A stretch of DNA of 64,000 bases. Origin: Octopus bimaculoides. Lineage: Eukaryota. Location of the stretch: contig NC_068987.1 of the NCBI RefSeq assembly GCF_001194135.2, forward strand, positions 12,294,938 through 12,358,937, written 5' to 3'. The position numbers and the translations under genes are program-made. Shown piece after piece: positions 1 to 12,849 of this stretch (positions are counted from its first letter, which is position 1; every line of letters starts with the position of its first letter). Below the pieces are notes generated by a model. It made no database searches, was not told the DNA's origin, and saw only the letters and a program-made list of their open reading frames with translations.

Positions 1-324
1 GCGCTTGAGCCTATTTGGATTTTAAAGGAAAAAAATCAAAGACTTACTCAAACTTATTATTTTCTCAGTCAAACAAATGAGGATAATTCATTTAAAGAAT
101 TTAGTCTTCTAAAATAAAACAAAAATCCACCTTAGTTGTTGAACTGCAGGTTTACATGTTCCAGTAAGGTCAAGGAATATGGTAATTGTGTAATTATGTT
201 TAAAATAGGTTTAAAAAATTCTTTTACTATGGGAATTAAAAATACCAACAAAATCAGCCAAACTACCAAACAGGTTCACTAATTAGTATGATATTCTAAT
301 GAGAAACGTATTAGCATTTCACAT

Positions 325-476
325 AGATGCAGGCATAGCTGTGAGGTAAGAAGTTTGCTTCCCAACCACATGGTTCCGGTTTCAGTCCAACTACATGCAA
401 CCTTGGGCAAGTTTCTTCTATGATAGCCTCAGGCTGGTCAAAGCCTTGTGAGTGGCTTTGGTAGACAGAAACAGAA

Positions 477-511
<35 letters not shown>

Positions 512-728
512 GTATATTTTGTCTGTATTTGTCCCCCACCACCACTAAACAACTGGTGTAGGTGTGTTTATGTCCCTGTAACTTAGCAGTTCAGCAAAAA
601 AAAAAAAAACACTAGAAAAAGTGCCAGGCTTTAAAAGAAAATACTAAGTTTGATTTGTTTGGCCAAAATTCTTCAAGACAGTGCCCCAGCATGGTCACAG
701 TCTGATAACTGAAACAAGTAAAAGATAA
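325..728 (+). mobile_element. SINE family A (tRNA-like head, TG tract, ...gaaacaagtaaaag tail)
   Basis: Aligns by eye to the intact copies at 35173 and 62383; heavily CpG-decayed. Confidence 0.85.
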
Positions 729-747
729 CATATGGTAGCTAATTGTT

Positions 748-905
748 ATAATCCTTTCTACTGTAGGCACAAGGTCTGAAATTTTGGGGTGAGGGGACTA
801 GGCAAAGTCATCCTCAGCAGAATTTGAACTCAGGACGTAGCGACAGATAAAATACCGATAAGTATTTCGCGCAGCATGCTAACGATTCTGCCAGCTCACC
901 GCTTT
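748..905 (-). mobile_element. SINE family B, internally deleted
   Basis: Reverse complement of ggcgagctggcagaatcgttagc head and ttgtgcct..agtagaaagg tail. Confidence 0.8.
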
Positions 906-2257
906 ATAGCTAATTGTTATAATATCATAAAATACGTTTTGGATTGAAAAAACATTTTACTGAGTTTACAAGATTGCTTGAGATACATTAGATGAATATT
1001 AAAGGGTACAATTTTTCCTTTTTGTATTTGGTTTGCAAGATTCTTGATGTGGACTAATATATTGAAACAGATTTTGTTGCATGCTAAAAATGATTACATA
1101 CATTGGCTCCATTTCACTCCTTTTATTATCATTAGTCAATTAGTTAACCATTTAACCAATTAACTAATTGATTGTTTGATTATCTTTTCATTGTTATTAA
1201 GTCACCCTGCTTTAGCAAAACATTACCTTTAACACATTAACCACTATGGCCTGTTACTGGTACATGTAACAATTAACATGTGGAATATTTTTAAACATCA
1301 CAGAACTGACATCTTTTCTATTCTATTCTCAAACTGAAAAGAGAATTCTAAATTCTTATAAAAACATTAACCAAAACATGCCATCATTTTGTGAATGAAA
1401 AACAAATTCAAAATCTATCAAAGACCCTAATAGGGTCTTCAGATATGGCGTCTTATTCTATTTTGTCTCTATCTGCTTAACTGCAACAGCATGGTACACA
1501 TGGTACATGATACCAAGCCACACTCGTTTGCAGTGATGACTGGCTCTCAATTGTAAATAGACAATTTAGTTAATCAAACAACAATAATTACCATCACTGA
1601 CACTGACAGAAGATCAATTAACTCTATTTTTTTTTTGTTTTCATTCATACTGTGTGTGTATTTAAAATGGGTAACCTCCCTCCCTCCCCCCCCCAAAAAA
1701 AACCCCACAACTGTCAGCAAATATTTCAAGAGGAAACAAAATAAAAAGAGGAATGATTCATTAACTGACTCAGTTTTATAAATACTAATTTCTACAGTAG
1801 GTCATTTGGTTTATTGTACAGTTTCATTCAACTCTTACAAAAATACAACTGTAAAATATCTAAATATGAATAACCTACAAATGTTACCCTAGAAATAAAC
1901 TACAAACGGTATTATAAAAACTAGCAAAAATAAGTCACCATCTGGTCTAACAGATTTAAATTCTATATTCAAATGGAAAAAGGAAGTGCTGTGATATCAT
2001 AAATGAGGAGGATAAAAACTGAATTCTACCTTGTGATTCTTCATCATTGTTGAGAGAGGGAGGAAGGGGAAGAGAGAGAGAGAGAAAAAGAGAGATTCTC
2101 TTATCTGCCTTGTCAGCTTCTTTTGTGGGTAAGAAAAGTATTTCATGTTTATGATTTATTAAATTAAGACTGTTTCGCAGTCATTTATTTACTTAAATTG
2201 TTCCCCCCGAAAGAAACATCTCTATTTCTATACAAGTTCCAACTTAAGAATAAACCA

Positions 2258-2476
2258 AAGGCGGCGAGCTGGCAGAATCGTTAGCACACTGGATGAAATG
2301 CTAAGTGGCATTTCGTCAGCCTTTACGTTGTGAGTTCAAATTCCACCAAGGTCAACTTTGCTTTTCATCCTTTTGGAGTCAATAAATTAAGTACCAGTTG
2401 CGTGCTGGGTCGATCTAATCGAATGCCCCGCCTCCCCCCAAATTTCGGGTCTTGTGCCTAGAGTAAAAAAGGCAAT
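2258..2476 (+). mobile_element. SINE family B, full length
   Basis: Head ggcggcgagctggcagaatcgttagc, B-box gagttcaaattcc, core gtcaactttgcttttcatcc, tail type 1; many CpG to TpG/CpA changes. Confidence 0.9.
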
Positions 2477-2551
2477 TAATGAAGCTTTTTCCATTTTTTT
2501 CCTTTGGTATTTCCACAGCATCTAATATCTCCTCCCTCTATTAATACCCAT

Positions 2552-2655
2552 TCAAATTCAACCTCAGCAGAATTTGAACTCACAACGTAAAGATGGACAA
2601 AATGCTGCAAAGCATTTTGCCCCGTGTGCTAACAATATTGCCAATTCACCACTGC
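2552..2655 (-). mobile_element. SINE family B head fragment
   Basis: gaatttgaactc...gtgctaacaatattgccaattcacc is the reverse of the B head. Confidence 0.7.
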
Positions 2656-4210
2656 CTTTAATCTGTTTTATATTAGAAACTTGTTAAAATAATTATATAA
2701 CAACCATAAAGAATACAAACAATTAAATATTGATATTATTGAAATAATGTATAAAATTAATACAACTATGTTAATAACAAAACAAATATATTGTAATTGG
2801 TTGGTAAGTATGAAGAAATTGAATAAATATAGATTTTTATCAATATTTATAAGTATACACAAAATAGAATTCTGAATGGATCTCGTTTATTAATTAAGCA
2901 TATTCTAATTTAAAGCTTAGCAATATCTGTAGAATATGCTAACTCGATGTAAAACATTGCATGTGTTGCTGTAGATAAAACAAGACACATAATTATGTTT
3001 ACACACAGATAAACCCACACACATACACACATTATTGATCTGACTGGGACCTCGGGTTTCACCCTTAATGATTCGTTCAACCAATGAAGTTGAGAACAAT
3101 AACAGCTGGTCATAACTTCACAGGTTCCTACTCAAATCAATATCATCAATAAATTTCACTCTAGTTTATGTATGGAGTCCTACTGTGAGTAAATAATTTT
3201 GTTGTTTTTCAACAAATAGATTAACAATACCAAATAACAGCACCTGTTCCACTCTGTAAAGTGGTTGGCATTAGGAAGGGCATTCAGCTCTGCATACAGG
3301 TCCAGGGATCCAACTCTAATCTATGTATGGTGTTACTTGCTGTCAATAAATAAATACGACAGGGTCCAGTGTACTGACTTGAATGGCAGTCTCACAGGTA
3401 GGGGCCCAATTCTGATCTATGTATGTTATTTGCTGTCAAGAAATAAACACAACCATGACCATTGCATTGATTTTGCCAAGGACCTATTTACACCATTAAG
3501 ACAGTGGTTGGGAACTGGTAAATTTGTTCAGCTAAGCTAATACCGAATGGTGAGACTAGCAGAATGAAAAGTCACATTCATGTTTGAATTTGTGTCATTG
3601 CAATAGACAAAGAATGTGGACAAAAGAGATATAATAGAAAGTTGCATGGCCTGTGAATTGTAAACTGCAAAACGACTTGCTGAAGTTAATGAATGAGAAA
3701 TTGCTTGTGACACTGATCTCCGTGTTCCACAGTCTGACCTGCAGATCAGGTTGTGGAGTAGGAAAATGTGTAAAGAAAAGCCATAGACAAAAAGAGAAAA
3801 GAAAAGCCAGAGCTGCTGAGGCAATGTTCAAAAGAGATGAAAATCTGTGGAAACAAAGGCAAGAAAAATCTCCAGAGAAAAGCCATAGTGAGGAAGAATA
3901 AAAAGGAAAATGGAAAGGTAGTGAGAAAAGTAGTATAGCAAATCAAAAAGAACATTGACACTTTCTGTTGTAACATGTATTATAACAGGCATTCTAGTCT
4001 ACCTGACGAATTTCTCTTGTAAATGAGAATAAAAATAATTTCAGGAAATGGCAGATTAATGGTGAAATCTAGCTAAACAGAATTTCAGTCAATGTTGCAT
4101 TTATGTTGGCACAGCAGACAAGAAATGCATAATAGAAGGTGCATGCTTTATACAGAATAAGCTACAAGATAGCTTGTATAAAGAATAATAAGTAACTGAA
4201 AGCTACATAG

Positions 4211-4555
4211 CTTTCTTTTACTTGTTTCAGTCATTTGACTGTGGCCATGCTGGAGCACCGCCTTTAGTCGAGCAAATCGACCCCAGGACTTATTCTTTGT
4301 AAGCCTAGTACTTTTTCTATCAGTCTCTTTTGCCGAACCGCTAAGTTACGGGGACATAAACACACCAGCATCAGTTGTCAAGTGAAGTTGGGGGGACAAA
4401 CAAAGACACAAAAACACATACATATATATACATATATACGACGGGCTTCTTTCAGTTTCCATCTACCAAATCCACTCACAAGGCTTTGGTCGGCCCGAGG
4501 CTATAGTAGAAGACACTTGCCCAAGGTGCCACGCAGTGGGACTGAACCCGGAACA
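4211..4555 (-). mobile_element. SINE family A (5' truncated)
   Basis: Reverse complement match to the 35173 copy. Confidence 0.9.
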
Positions 4556-4755
4556 TAAATCTTTAAAACTCCTTCAAAAACAACTACATAAAGTAAATGA
4601 GTATTTTGATATTTTACCTACAATGGAATTTACTTATAATGCAATAGAACAGTATTCAACTATTTTTTACCTATGGACCCCTTTGATTACTGTTTTACTT
4701 AGATGGACCCTAATTGGTGTTTTAAAAACCCCATTGTATTTTTATAATTAAGTAT

Positions 4756-5168
4756 AGGTGTAGGAGTGGCTGTGTGGTAAGTAGCTTGCTTACCAACCAT
4801 ATGGTTCTGGGTTCATTCCCACTGCATGGCACCTTGGGCAAGTGCCTTCTACTATAGCCTCGGGCCAACCAAAGCCTTGTGAGTGGATTTGGTAGACGGA
4901 AACTGAAAGAAGCCCATCGTATATATGTATATATATATATGTATGTGTGTATATGTTTGTGTCTGTGTTTGTCCCCCCCAGCATTGTTTGACAACCAATG
5001 GTGATGTGTTTACGTCCCCCGTAACTTAGCGGTTCGGCAAAAGAGACTCAAAGAATAAGTACTAGGCTTCCAAAGAATAAGTCCTGGGGTCAATTTGCTC
5101 GACTAAAAGGCGATGCTCTAGCATGGCCGCAGTCAAATGACTGAAACAAGTAAAAGAGTAAAAGAGTA
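4756..5168 (+). mobile_element. SINE family A, full length
   Basis: aggagtggctgtgtggtaag head through aaaagagtaaaagag tail. Confidence 0.92.
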
Positions 5169-5384
5169 TTATTAGGGATTGTAAAAAAAAGAAATTGTTA
5201 AAATATTATGGGTATTGTAGAAGTGTAACTAATTTATTGCACATGAATGCTAACAACAAAATCTTGTAAGAACTCTAGTTGAGAAAAACTGCAATAGAAT
5301 AATTAACATGGTAGCTGAATATCAAAAAATGTTCACAGCAAAGTTCAGAAATCAAGACAAGAATTATAGTTCATCCTCACTCAC

Positions 5385-5390
5385 CTTCGT
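5385..5390 (-). other. Candidate 6-nt microexon (ACGAAG)
   Basis: Minus strand reads ttatttttattctttatatag|ACGAAG|gtgagt: pyrimidine tract, TAG acceptor, consensus AAG|GTGAGT donor, frame-preserving length. Confidence 0.4.
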
Positions 5391-6234
5391 CTATATAAAG
5401 AATAAAAATAATTCTCATATTTCCTTAACTTCTTGGCATTAGAACCAGTTATAAAAAATCTATGCAAATTTCCTACTTTACAACTAATACAAACTATTTT
5501 AAAGTAGGGTAAGGCTAGATAAGACCGAGAAAAATAGTCTTGAATAGCATGTACGTTTTTTTCTTTTTTCTTTTATTTTTATTAACAGGTAATCAAGCGA
5601 AGGTTATAATTTTAAAATATAATAAATGATTAAGGACCAGAAGTAGATTAACATTAAAATAAGGTATAAGAAATAAAATACTTTCCACTATATATTTATT
5701 GATGCATATACAAAGAAAGGTGTGGCTAAATTATAAGCACATGATTCACGCAACATATGAAGTGGATTGTTTGAACAAAGTGTTATTTTAGGCAGACATA
5801 AGGAAGATAAAGAAAAAAATAAAAAGGATGTGTGTAAACAAACAAATTGGTCATTGTCAAGAAATTTGCCCTTATTTATTCAAGCTAAGATCTGTAATGT
5901 TTTAATGATGTAATAACGACAATAAAATGAATGTTTTAGAAAGAGTCTATGAACTATGCAATAGCTGATATAAGCAGGAAACAAACATATGCATAGGTTT
6001 TTAAGAGCTGGTATTTCCAGTATTGAAACGCAATATCTATACAGTATTGTTTAACTGGACAGCCTCATTGAAAGAACTTTGCTCTTTTCTTTTCATATTT
6101 CAAAAAAGATCCATATTCTGTAATCAAATATCCAACAGCTATTCTGATGCCATGAGTTCAAAAAGTTTTGATATGATACAGACACAAACAGTTATCTTTG
6201 TATCAAGTAGAAGAGTTTTAAAAACTTACAACAC

Positions 6235-6545
6235 CTGCTGCTGACCCTCTCCATGACCAGACATATATTTTCTCAGAAAATTGTAAGCAGATGACACTGC
6301 TTGTATATCAGGAGATAGTAACATACACACACACACACACACACATGGTGGGCTTCTTTCAGTTTACATCAAAGCCTAGTTAGCCCAGGGTTATAGTGGA
6401 AGACACTTGCCCAAGAAAAATACTGATGATGATGATGATGATGATGATCATGATCGTTGTCATCATCATCATCATTTTAATGCCCATTTTCCATGCTGGC
6501 ATGGGTTGGACAGTTTCACAAGAACAGGCAAGTCTGAAGATGACA
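6235..6545 (-). mobile_element. SINE A2 fragment plus family C 3' end with (GAT)n
   Basis: tatacaagcagtgtc...atgtctggtcatgg (minus) matches the A2 body; catcattttaatgccc..ttccatgctggcatgggttgg is the C tail. Confidence 0.7.
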
Positions 6546-6744
6546 CCTACCGAGTCTTGGTCATTGTCTCCATGAAGCCCAACACTCGAAAGGAACTTGG
6601 CCACTTTGCCTCCATGAGGCCAAACGCTCAAGAGGAACTCAGCCACCCCTCTGTGAGGCCTGCTCGTGAGTAAATATACTTCATAACTTACAAGTGTTTT
6701 GCAAACTAGTATGGCTAAGCTCAGATGCTCCCACTGGGACTAAT

Positions 6745-6900
6745 CTACAGCTGGGTGGACAAGAACAAGAGTAACATGAAATGAAAGGTTTTAATAAAAA
6801 TAAAAAAAAAAGCAAAGCACAATGCACCACTTCGTCTAGGAATTGAAACCACTATCTTATGGTTCATGAGTGCAATACTCTAACCAATAAGCCATGCACC
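6745..6900 (-). mobile_element. SINE family D (tRNA head tggcttagtggttag...gttcaattcc)
   Basis: Matches copies at 53820-54045 and 47770-47915. Confidence 0.7.
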
Positions 6901-7158
6901 TAGTAGTTAGGGTGTGAAACACATTTCTATAATAAACATTTATAAATTTAACGTGTTTTGAATTAAAATATCTTGTCTAATTTAGAGAGAAAAGAAAAGG
7001 AAAAAACAGTTTTCTAGATATCACTGGTATCTTTTCATGTCCATTTCAAGCAATATTTGAGATATGTTGGGTAAACAATATGTATGTTAATCTATTGTCA
7101 CATAAAATTCTCTCTTTTAAATCTTGCAAGACCAGTTTTTTTTTTGTGTTTTTATATA

Positions 7159-7193
<35 letters not shown>

Positions 7194-7496
7194 NNNNNNN
7201 NNNNNNNNNNNNNNNNNNNNNNNNNNNNNNNNNNNNNNNNNNNNNNNNNNNNNNNNNNNNNNNNNNNNNNNNNNNNNNNNNNNNNNNNNNNNNNNNNNNN
7301 NNNNNNNNNNNNNNNNNNNNNNNNNNNNNNNNNNNNNNNNNNNNNNNNNNNNNNNNNNNNNNNNNNNNNNNNNNNNNNNNNNNNNNNNNNNNNNNNNNNN
7401 NNNNNNNNNNNNNNNNNNNNNNNNNNNNNNNNNNNNNNNNNNNNNNNNNNNNNNNNNNNNNNNNNNNNNNNNNNNNNNNNNNNNNNNNNNNNNNNN
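7194..7496. other. Assembly gap (N)
   Basis: N run after a (TG)n tract. Confidence 1.
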
Positions 7497-7629
7497 TTAT
7501 ACATCCAGTTAAAACCAATGACAAATTATAAGGAAAATAAAAATAAGTTTTTTTTTTCAGTTTCCTGTGCTGAAGATATCCTTGTCTATTAAGGATTAGT
7601 AAAAATAACAAAAAGGAAAAAAAGTAAAT

Positions 7630-8085
7630 CATCATCATCATTTAACGTCCGCTTTCCATGCTAGCATGGGTTGGACGATTTGACTGAGGACTGGTGAACC
7701 AGATGGCTACACCAGCCTCCAATCTGATCTGGCAGAGTTTCTACAGCTGGATGCCCTTCCTAACACCAACCACTCTGAGAGTGTAGTGGGTGCTTTATGT
7801 GCCACCGGCACGAGAGCCAGTCACACAGTACTGGCAACGGCCATGCTCAAAAAGGTGTTTTTTAGATGCCACCTGCACGGGGGCCAGTCCAGTGGCACTG
7901 GCAATGACCTCGCTCGAATGATTTTCTAATGTGCCATGACCACAAGTGCTACAAGCCGACTCTGGTAACGATTATGCTCAAATGGTGCTATTTATGGGCC
8001 ACTAGCATGGAAGCCAGACAGCTGCTCTGGCAATGAACACGCTCGGACAGTGCTGTTAGTGCTCCACTGGCACAGGTGCCAGAAA
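7630..8085 (-). mobile_element. SINE family C (RTE-like 3' tail gttggcgttaggaagggcatccagc..., (GAT)n end)
   Basis: catcatttaacgtccgctttccatgctagcatgggttggacg start; internal degenerate gtgccaccggcac repeats. Confidence 0.9.
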
Positions 8086-8129
8086 TAGATAAATACACAA
8101 GAGAAAGTAATAACAGAAATTTGATAGTT

Positions 8130-8700
8130 ATTAAGGCATTTTGTTATCATGTTTTTGTTGAAATACACTTTGTTTCAACTAATTTTGAAAATGATACAGA
8201 ATTTAGTAAAATATATTTGTGGTTAAACTTGTGTTAAGAATAAATTAATGTACGTGCAGATGTAGCTGTGTTGTTAAAAAAGTTTGCTTCCCAACCACAA
8301 GGTTTTGGGTTCAGTCCCACTGCGTGGCACCTTGGGCATGTGTCTTCTAATATAGCGTTGGGCCAACCGAATCCTTGTGAGTGGATTTGGTAGACAGAAA
8401 CTGAAAGAAGCCCACTGTTTACATACATAAATATGTACATGCATATATGTATACAAACATACATACATACATATGTACACTCCCCGATTGCTAGATCATG
8501 AGTTCAATTCCCAGACTGGATGGTGTGTTGTGTTCTTGAGCAAAACACTTCATTTCAGCTTGCTCTATGGGTGGAGGAGTGGCAGAATTACTGACATTTC
8601 AGCAGAAGTGCTTTAAGGTATATCTTTCAGCTTTCTTCATTCTGAGTTCAAATCCTACCTGTCTGGAGAAGGATTCGGGAAACCACTTCAGTATTCACCC
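8130..8700 (+). mobile_element. Cluster of MITE fragment, SINE A 5' half, D and B head fragments
   Basis: 8130-8225 resembles the interior of the 59506 MITE; A head near 8250; D fragment near 8487; B fragment near 8570. Confidence 0.7.
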
Positions 8701-9169
8701 CAAGTTTTCTCATGGTAGTCAAAGTTCCAGTAATCTATATATATATATATATATATATTGATATATATTGTATCTTTTATATGCCATCATATACAGTATT
8801 ATCTCTATACAAAGAAATGTTTAACTTAGTTTGCAACTGTATCAAATATTGTAGAAAAAAGAAAGGATAAAAATAAATACTACAAATGAATGTTATGTCA
8901 AACAACAGGTTTTCAATATTGTTTATGGGAGATGTTCTTCTTTAACCTATATGTTTATTGAAATGGAAGTTCTTAAACTAACTATGACCTTAAATACACT
9001 GTTGCTAAATCACAGATGCTTGATGCCTTCCTGCATAATAGGAAACTTGTCAGTCAGGTTAAATGTGTTGTCACCTGCATAATGAAACAAATGTTATATT
9101 GAAATTCAACTTGGAAACTTTGATTCAGAATCCATGGGATGTGAAATCTAATACTCAAATGTACAGAAT

Positions 9170-9180
9170 AATAATAATAA

Positions 9181-9223
<43 letters not shown>

Positions 9224-9600
9224 CGTCGTCATTTAGCATCTGCTTTCCATACTGGCATGGGTTAGATGTTTCACTGAAAGAAGTAAGCTGGAGAGCTGTA
9301 CCAGGTTCCAGTCTGTTGTGGTATGGTTTCTATGGCTGGATGTCCTTCCTAATGCTAATCACTCCAAGAGTATAGTGGGTGCCTTTTTATGTGTCACTGG
9401 CACAGGTGGCTTTTACATGTTACTAGCATGGGTGCCTTTTATGTATCACTGGCACAGGTGCCTTTTTTATGTGTCACCAGCACAGGTGCCCTTTACTTGT
9501 TACTGGCATGACTGCATTAATGTGTCACCAGTATGGATGCATTTTATGTGCCACCAACACGAGTGCCTTTCACATGTCACTGGTACAGGTGCCAGTGACA
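9170..9600 (-). mobile_element. SINE family C with (TAG)n/(TAA)n tail and internal ~21-bp subrepeats
   Basis: Repeated atgtgtcactggcacaggtgcctttt-like units at 9385-9600. Confidence 0.8.
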
Positions 9601-9631
9601 CAAAAAGCAAAACACAAGCAGACACAAGAAT

Positions 9632-9760
9632 AAGTGTGTGGTAAGAAGTTTGCTTCTCAACCACCATGGTTCTGGGTAAGTGTCTTCTGTTATAACCCTA
9701 GGCTGACCAAAGCCTTCTGTGTGGATTTGGAAGACAGAAACTGAAAGAAGCCCATTGCAT

Positions 9761-9791
<31 letters not shown>

Positions 9792-10055
9792 GCATGTATG
9801 TATGAATGTATATATACACACACACATACAGAAATATGTATGTGTATGTCTGTGTTTGTTCCCCATCACTGGTTGTCAACCAGTGTTGGTTTGTTTATGT
9901 CTGCATCGCTTAGCAGTTTGATCAAAATTGACCAATACAGTAAGTTACAGGGTTAAAAATATAAGTACTAGGGTCAATCCATTCAACTAAAACTCTGCAA
10001 GGTGGCGCTCCATCATGGCCACAGTCCAATGACTGAAACAAATGAAGATAAAAGA
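9632..10055 (+). mobile_element. SINE family A, diverged
   Basis: Head, (TATG)n, core and ctgaaacaa tail. Confidence 0.85.
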
Positions 10056-10300
10056 TTTAATTTATGTTAATTTATTCAGCGTCCTGAACATAAGACAATC
10101 TCAAAAGAAAAACCATTCTAATTCTTCATGAAATTCAGTTACAAAATTTATATAAGCTTAATCTGTAAGATCAAATCATTCACCCAAAATACTCACTAAT
10201 TACCTCTTTGATCTTTATTCATTCAGCTTTATTCATATCTGTGGTGGTAGCCATATCACGATCATTCATTTGACAGATATAGACTTCTTTTTGTCTTTAA

Positions 10301-10519
10301 CCCTGTAGCAGTAAAACCGGCCATATCTGACCCAAATATTTTATCTGTTTTAGTTCAGACCAACCAGATCTTATCTTTCACACCCATCCTACAATGCTAG
10401 TCTAAAAATGCAATAATCACATTATTGAACTCTCAAAGCGAAGAGATAATGCCTAATTAATTCAAAACAATGTGAGCAAATACACTTTACATTTGACAGA
10501 AAAATTTGAATACTAAGGG
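10301..10519. mobile_element. piggyBac-type MITE
   Basis: TTAA|CCCTGTAGCA ... TACTAAGGG|TCAA; homologous to 33506-33726. Confidence 0.75.
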
Positions 10520-10904
10520 TCAATGTATACATCTCAATCAATGGCCACAGGTTACAAAAGTAACTTTATTCTTAAAGTCACATGGTTAAGTAGTTATAGA
10601 CTGGCATACGTAGTAACACATAACAAAAATAATTGTCCACTATCGATTGAACTGGCGTTCAGAACATGCTGACGTTGAATGAAAAATTAAAAAGAAAAAC
10701 CATTTTGCACATTCACATGAATTTTTATTTATCTCGGTGAATATGAGATAAATAAAAGAAAAAAAATTGTTATAAATTTCAAACAAGATAGTAATGTTTT
10801 TTTTTTTGTTTCCTTTCCTCATCGGAGATACTGATTTAAGATCAAAAGTCTAAAGGTTGTTTATTTAATTTTTTTATCTTCTATCTTTTATTAATTTCTG
10901 TCTT

Positions 10905-11582
10905 TGACACAGACTTGAAGGATTAAGGATTTAGTCAAACAAATCAACCCCAGTACCTGTTTCAAGTCAGGTACTTATTCTGTTAATCCCTTTTGTCTAT
11001 CTGCTTATTTACAGGGATGTAAACGAATGAACACCAGTTGTCGAGGAGTAGCGGGGAACATACATAAAGACACACACACACACACATGCATGCATGCACA
11101 CACACACACACGCATAGAGGGCTCCCACGCAGTTTCAGTCTACCAAACTCATTCACAAGACATTGATCAGCTCAGAGTTATAAGAAAACGCTTCTATTAT
11201 ACCAAGGTGCCACATAGTGGAACTGAACCTGAAACCAAGTGGCTGCAAAGTAGGCTGTTTTACCCACACAGCCATGCTGTCACAAGGTGGCTAAAATCAT
11301 CTCTGAACAACAAGACAGAGCGAAGAAAACCAAACACAATATTTCCTGTGTCACAGAAGCAGTGAAGTGGGGACAAACAAAGATACGCATACACACATAG
11401 TATACATATATAGACAGATACACGATAGCCTTCTTTCAGCTTCAATCTACTACTCGCAAGGCTTTGGTTGGTATGAGACTATAATGTAAAACACTTGTCC
11501 AAGGTGCCACACAGCAGGACTGAACCCAGAACCATTTGGTTGGAAAGCAAACTTCTTACCACAAAGTCATGCCTGCACCTAT
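10905..11582 (-). mobile_element. Two tandem diverged SINE A copies
   Basis: Two caaggtgccaca..gactgaacc..ccacacagccatgc head segments ending near 11280 and 11580. Confidence 0.8.
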
Positions 11583-12084
11583 GTTTAACTATTTAAATTA
11601 TATTTAAACTACTTTTCTTAATCACTTCCAATTAAGTAATTTCAAGTTCCAGCACATTTTTCTACTGCAGTTATTGCTAACAGTTATTAAATTTGTAATG
11701 AGACTAATTAACACTTAAAAACCATAATTATAAACCTTCTTCTTTATTGGTTGAGAAAACTATTTTTCTAAATCTGAAACAATTTCTAATAGCTGTCATT
11801 ATAAAACGGAACAAGTTACACTGTCAAACAAAGAACCATATTTGATGGGATATAATATGTACCCTTTTTATCCCCCGAAAAATGTCTCAAAAACACCACC
11901 ACAAGTCCTACATGTAAAGTTGGACCAACATTACTTGTACATGCTTCAATGTGCTAAAACTTTTTTCTAGAATATATGCTACTGAAATTGGGCTGTGTCT
12001 AATATGTTCATGTGTCTTTTATGCCAAACAAAGTACTACAGTAAATAAGTCATTTAACAATGTACCTCAGAGCAAATACTATTA

Positions 12085-12215
12085 TTATCATTACTCTTAT
12101 AATTTAATGCCTGCTTTCCATGCTGGCATGGGTTGGATGGTTTGACAAGAGCTGGCAAGCCAGAGAGCTGCACCAGGCTCAAATTGTTTGTTTTGGCATA
12201 GTCACTATGGCTGAA
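12085..12215 (-). mobile_element. SINE family C 3' end
   Basis: tttaatgcctgctttccatgctggcatgggttggatgg. Confidence 0.8.
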
Positions 12216-12849
12216 TGATTATCTCCCTTGTATAAACTGTTGGCTGGGGAACACCATGAATTTTGAAAAAGCTCAAATAAAATCTACACATCTCTATATT
12301 CTAGAAAATTCCCCATAAATGAAGATAATTAATAATGGAAGTAAGTCTGAAAATACAGCTCAATGCTAAACTGAACCTCATAAACAAGCTGTGACAGTAA
12401 CCACCATTTGCTATTGGTTTAATTGCATGTTTATGTGAAAGTAGGTTGTGGTGTAAGATTGTTTACCTTATATGTGTATCAATGTGACTTAGTGCTATTC
12501 AAAAAGACTATGTAATCATGACCCCATTGTGGGATATTTTCACGATTTCTTTTCATGCATTGTGCAAAGTGTCTACATGCAATGAGTGAAGGAGAAATTG
12601 ATGTCGGTATTATCTGTAAACACGTGACAGTTGGAATGCCAACAATGAACACATGAAAGAGATTTGGAGAAGAGAAAAGAGAAATGAAATCATGCATTGG
12701 TGTAATGTATGTTGTTGAGAAAAAGAAAGAGAGTGTGTCATGAGTATATGGTACAATGGAGCATTCAAGAAAGATAGGAACAAATTCAGGCATGAATTGC
12801 TTTATATGAGGAAAGCACAGTAGTGGGACAAATCATTTTGCTAAATCAA

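Noticed and set aside
3537-3960. Overlapping ORFs and a minus-strand acceptor near 3739 (VRLWNTE, WD40-like)
   Set aside because: The motif is too short, no donor was identified and there is no other WD repeat
4722-4994. Recurring ORFs such as RRHLPKVPRSGTEP / DGLLSVSVYQIHSQGFG
   Set aside because: Antisense translations of SINE A; frames vary between copies
6231-6297. Exon-like segment on the minus strand (SAYNFLRKYMSGHGEGQQQV, GTAAGT donor)
   Set aside because: Sequence matches the SINE A2 body, so it is repeat-derived; exonisation cannot be shown
7046-7641. Long ORFs spanning N-gaps (also 17611, 20472, 39564, 44501, 53136, 56918)
   Set aside because: Artefacts of X translation through gaps
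9010-9076. Minus-strand acceptor with frame GDNTFNLTDKFPIMQEGIKHL*
   Set aside because: No recognisable homology; could be chance in AT-rich DNA
9385-9600. CRISPR-like repeated units
   Set aside because: Degenerate internal subrepeats of SINE C without unique spacers; eukaryotic context and no cas genes
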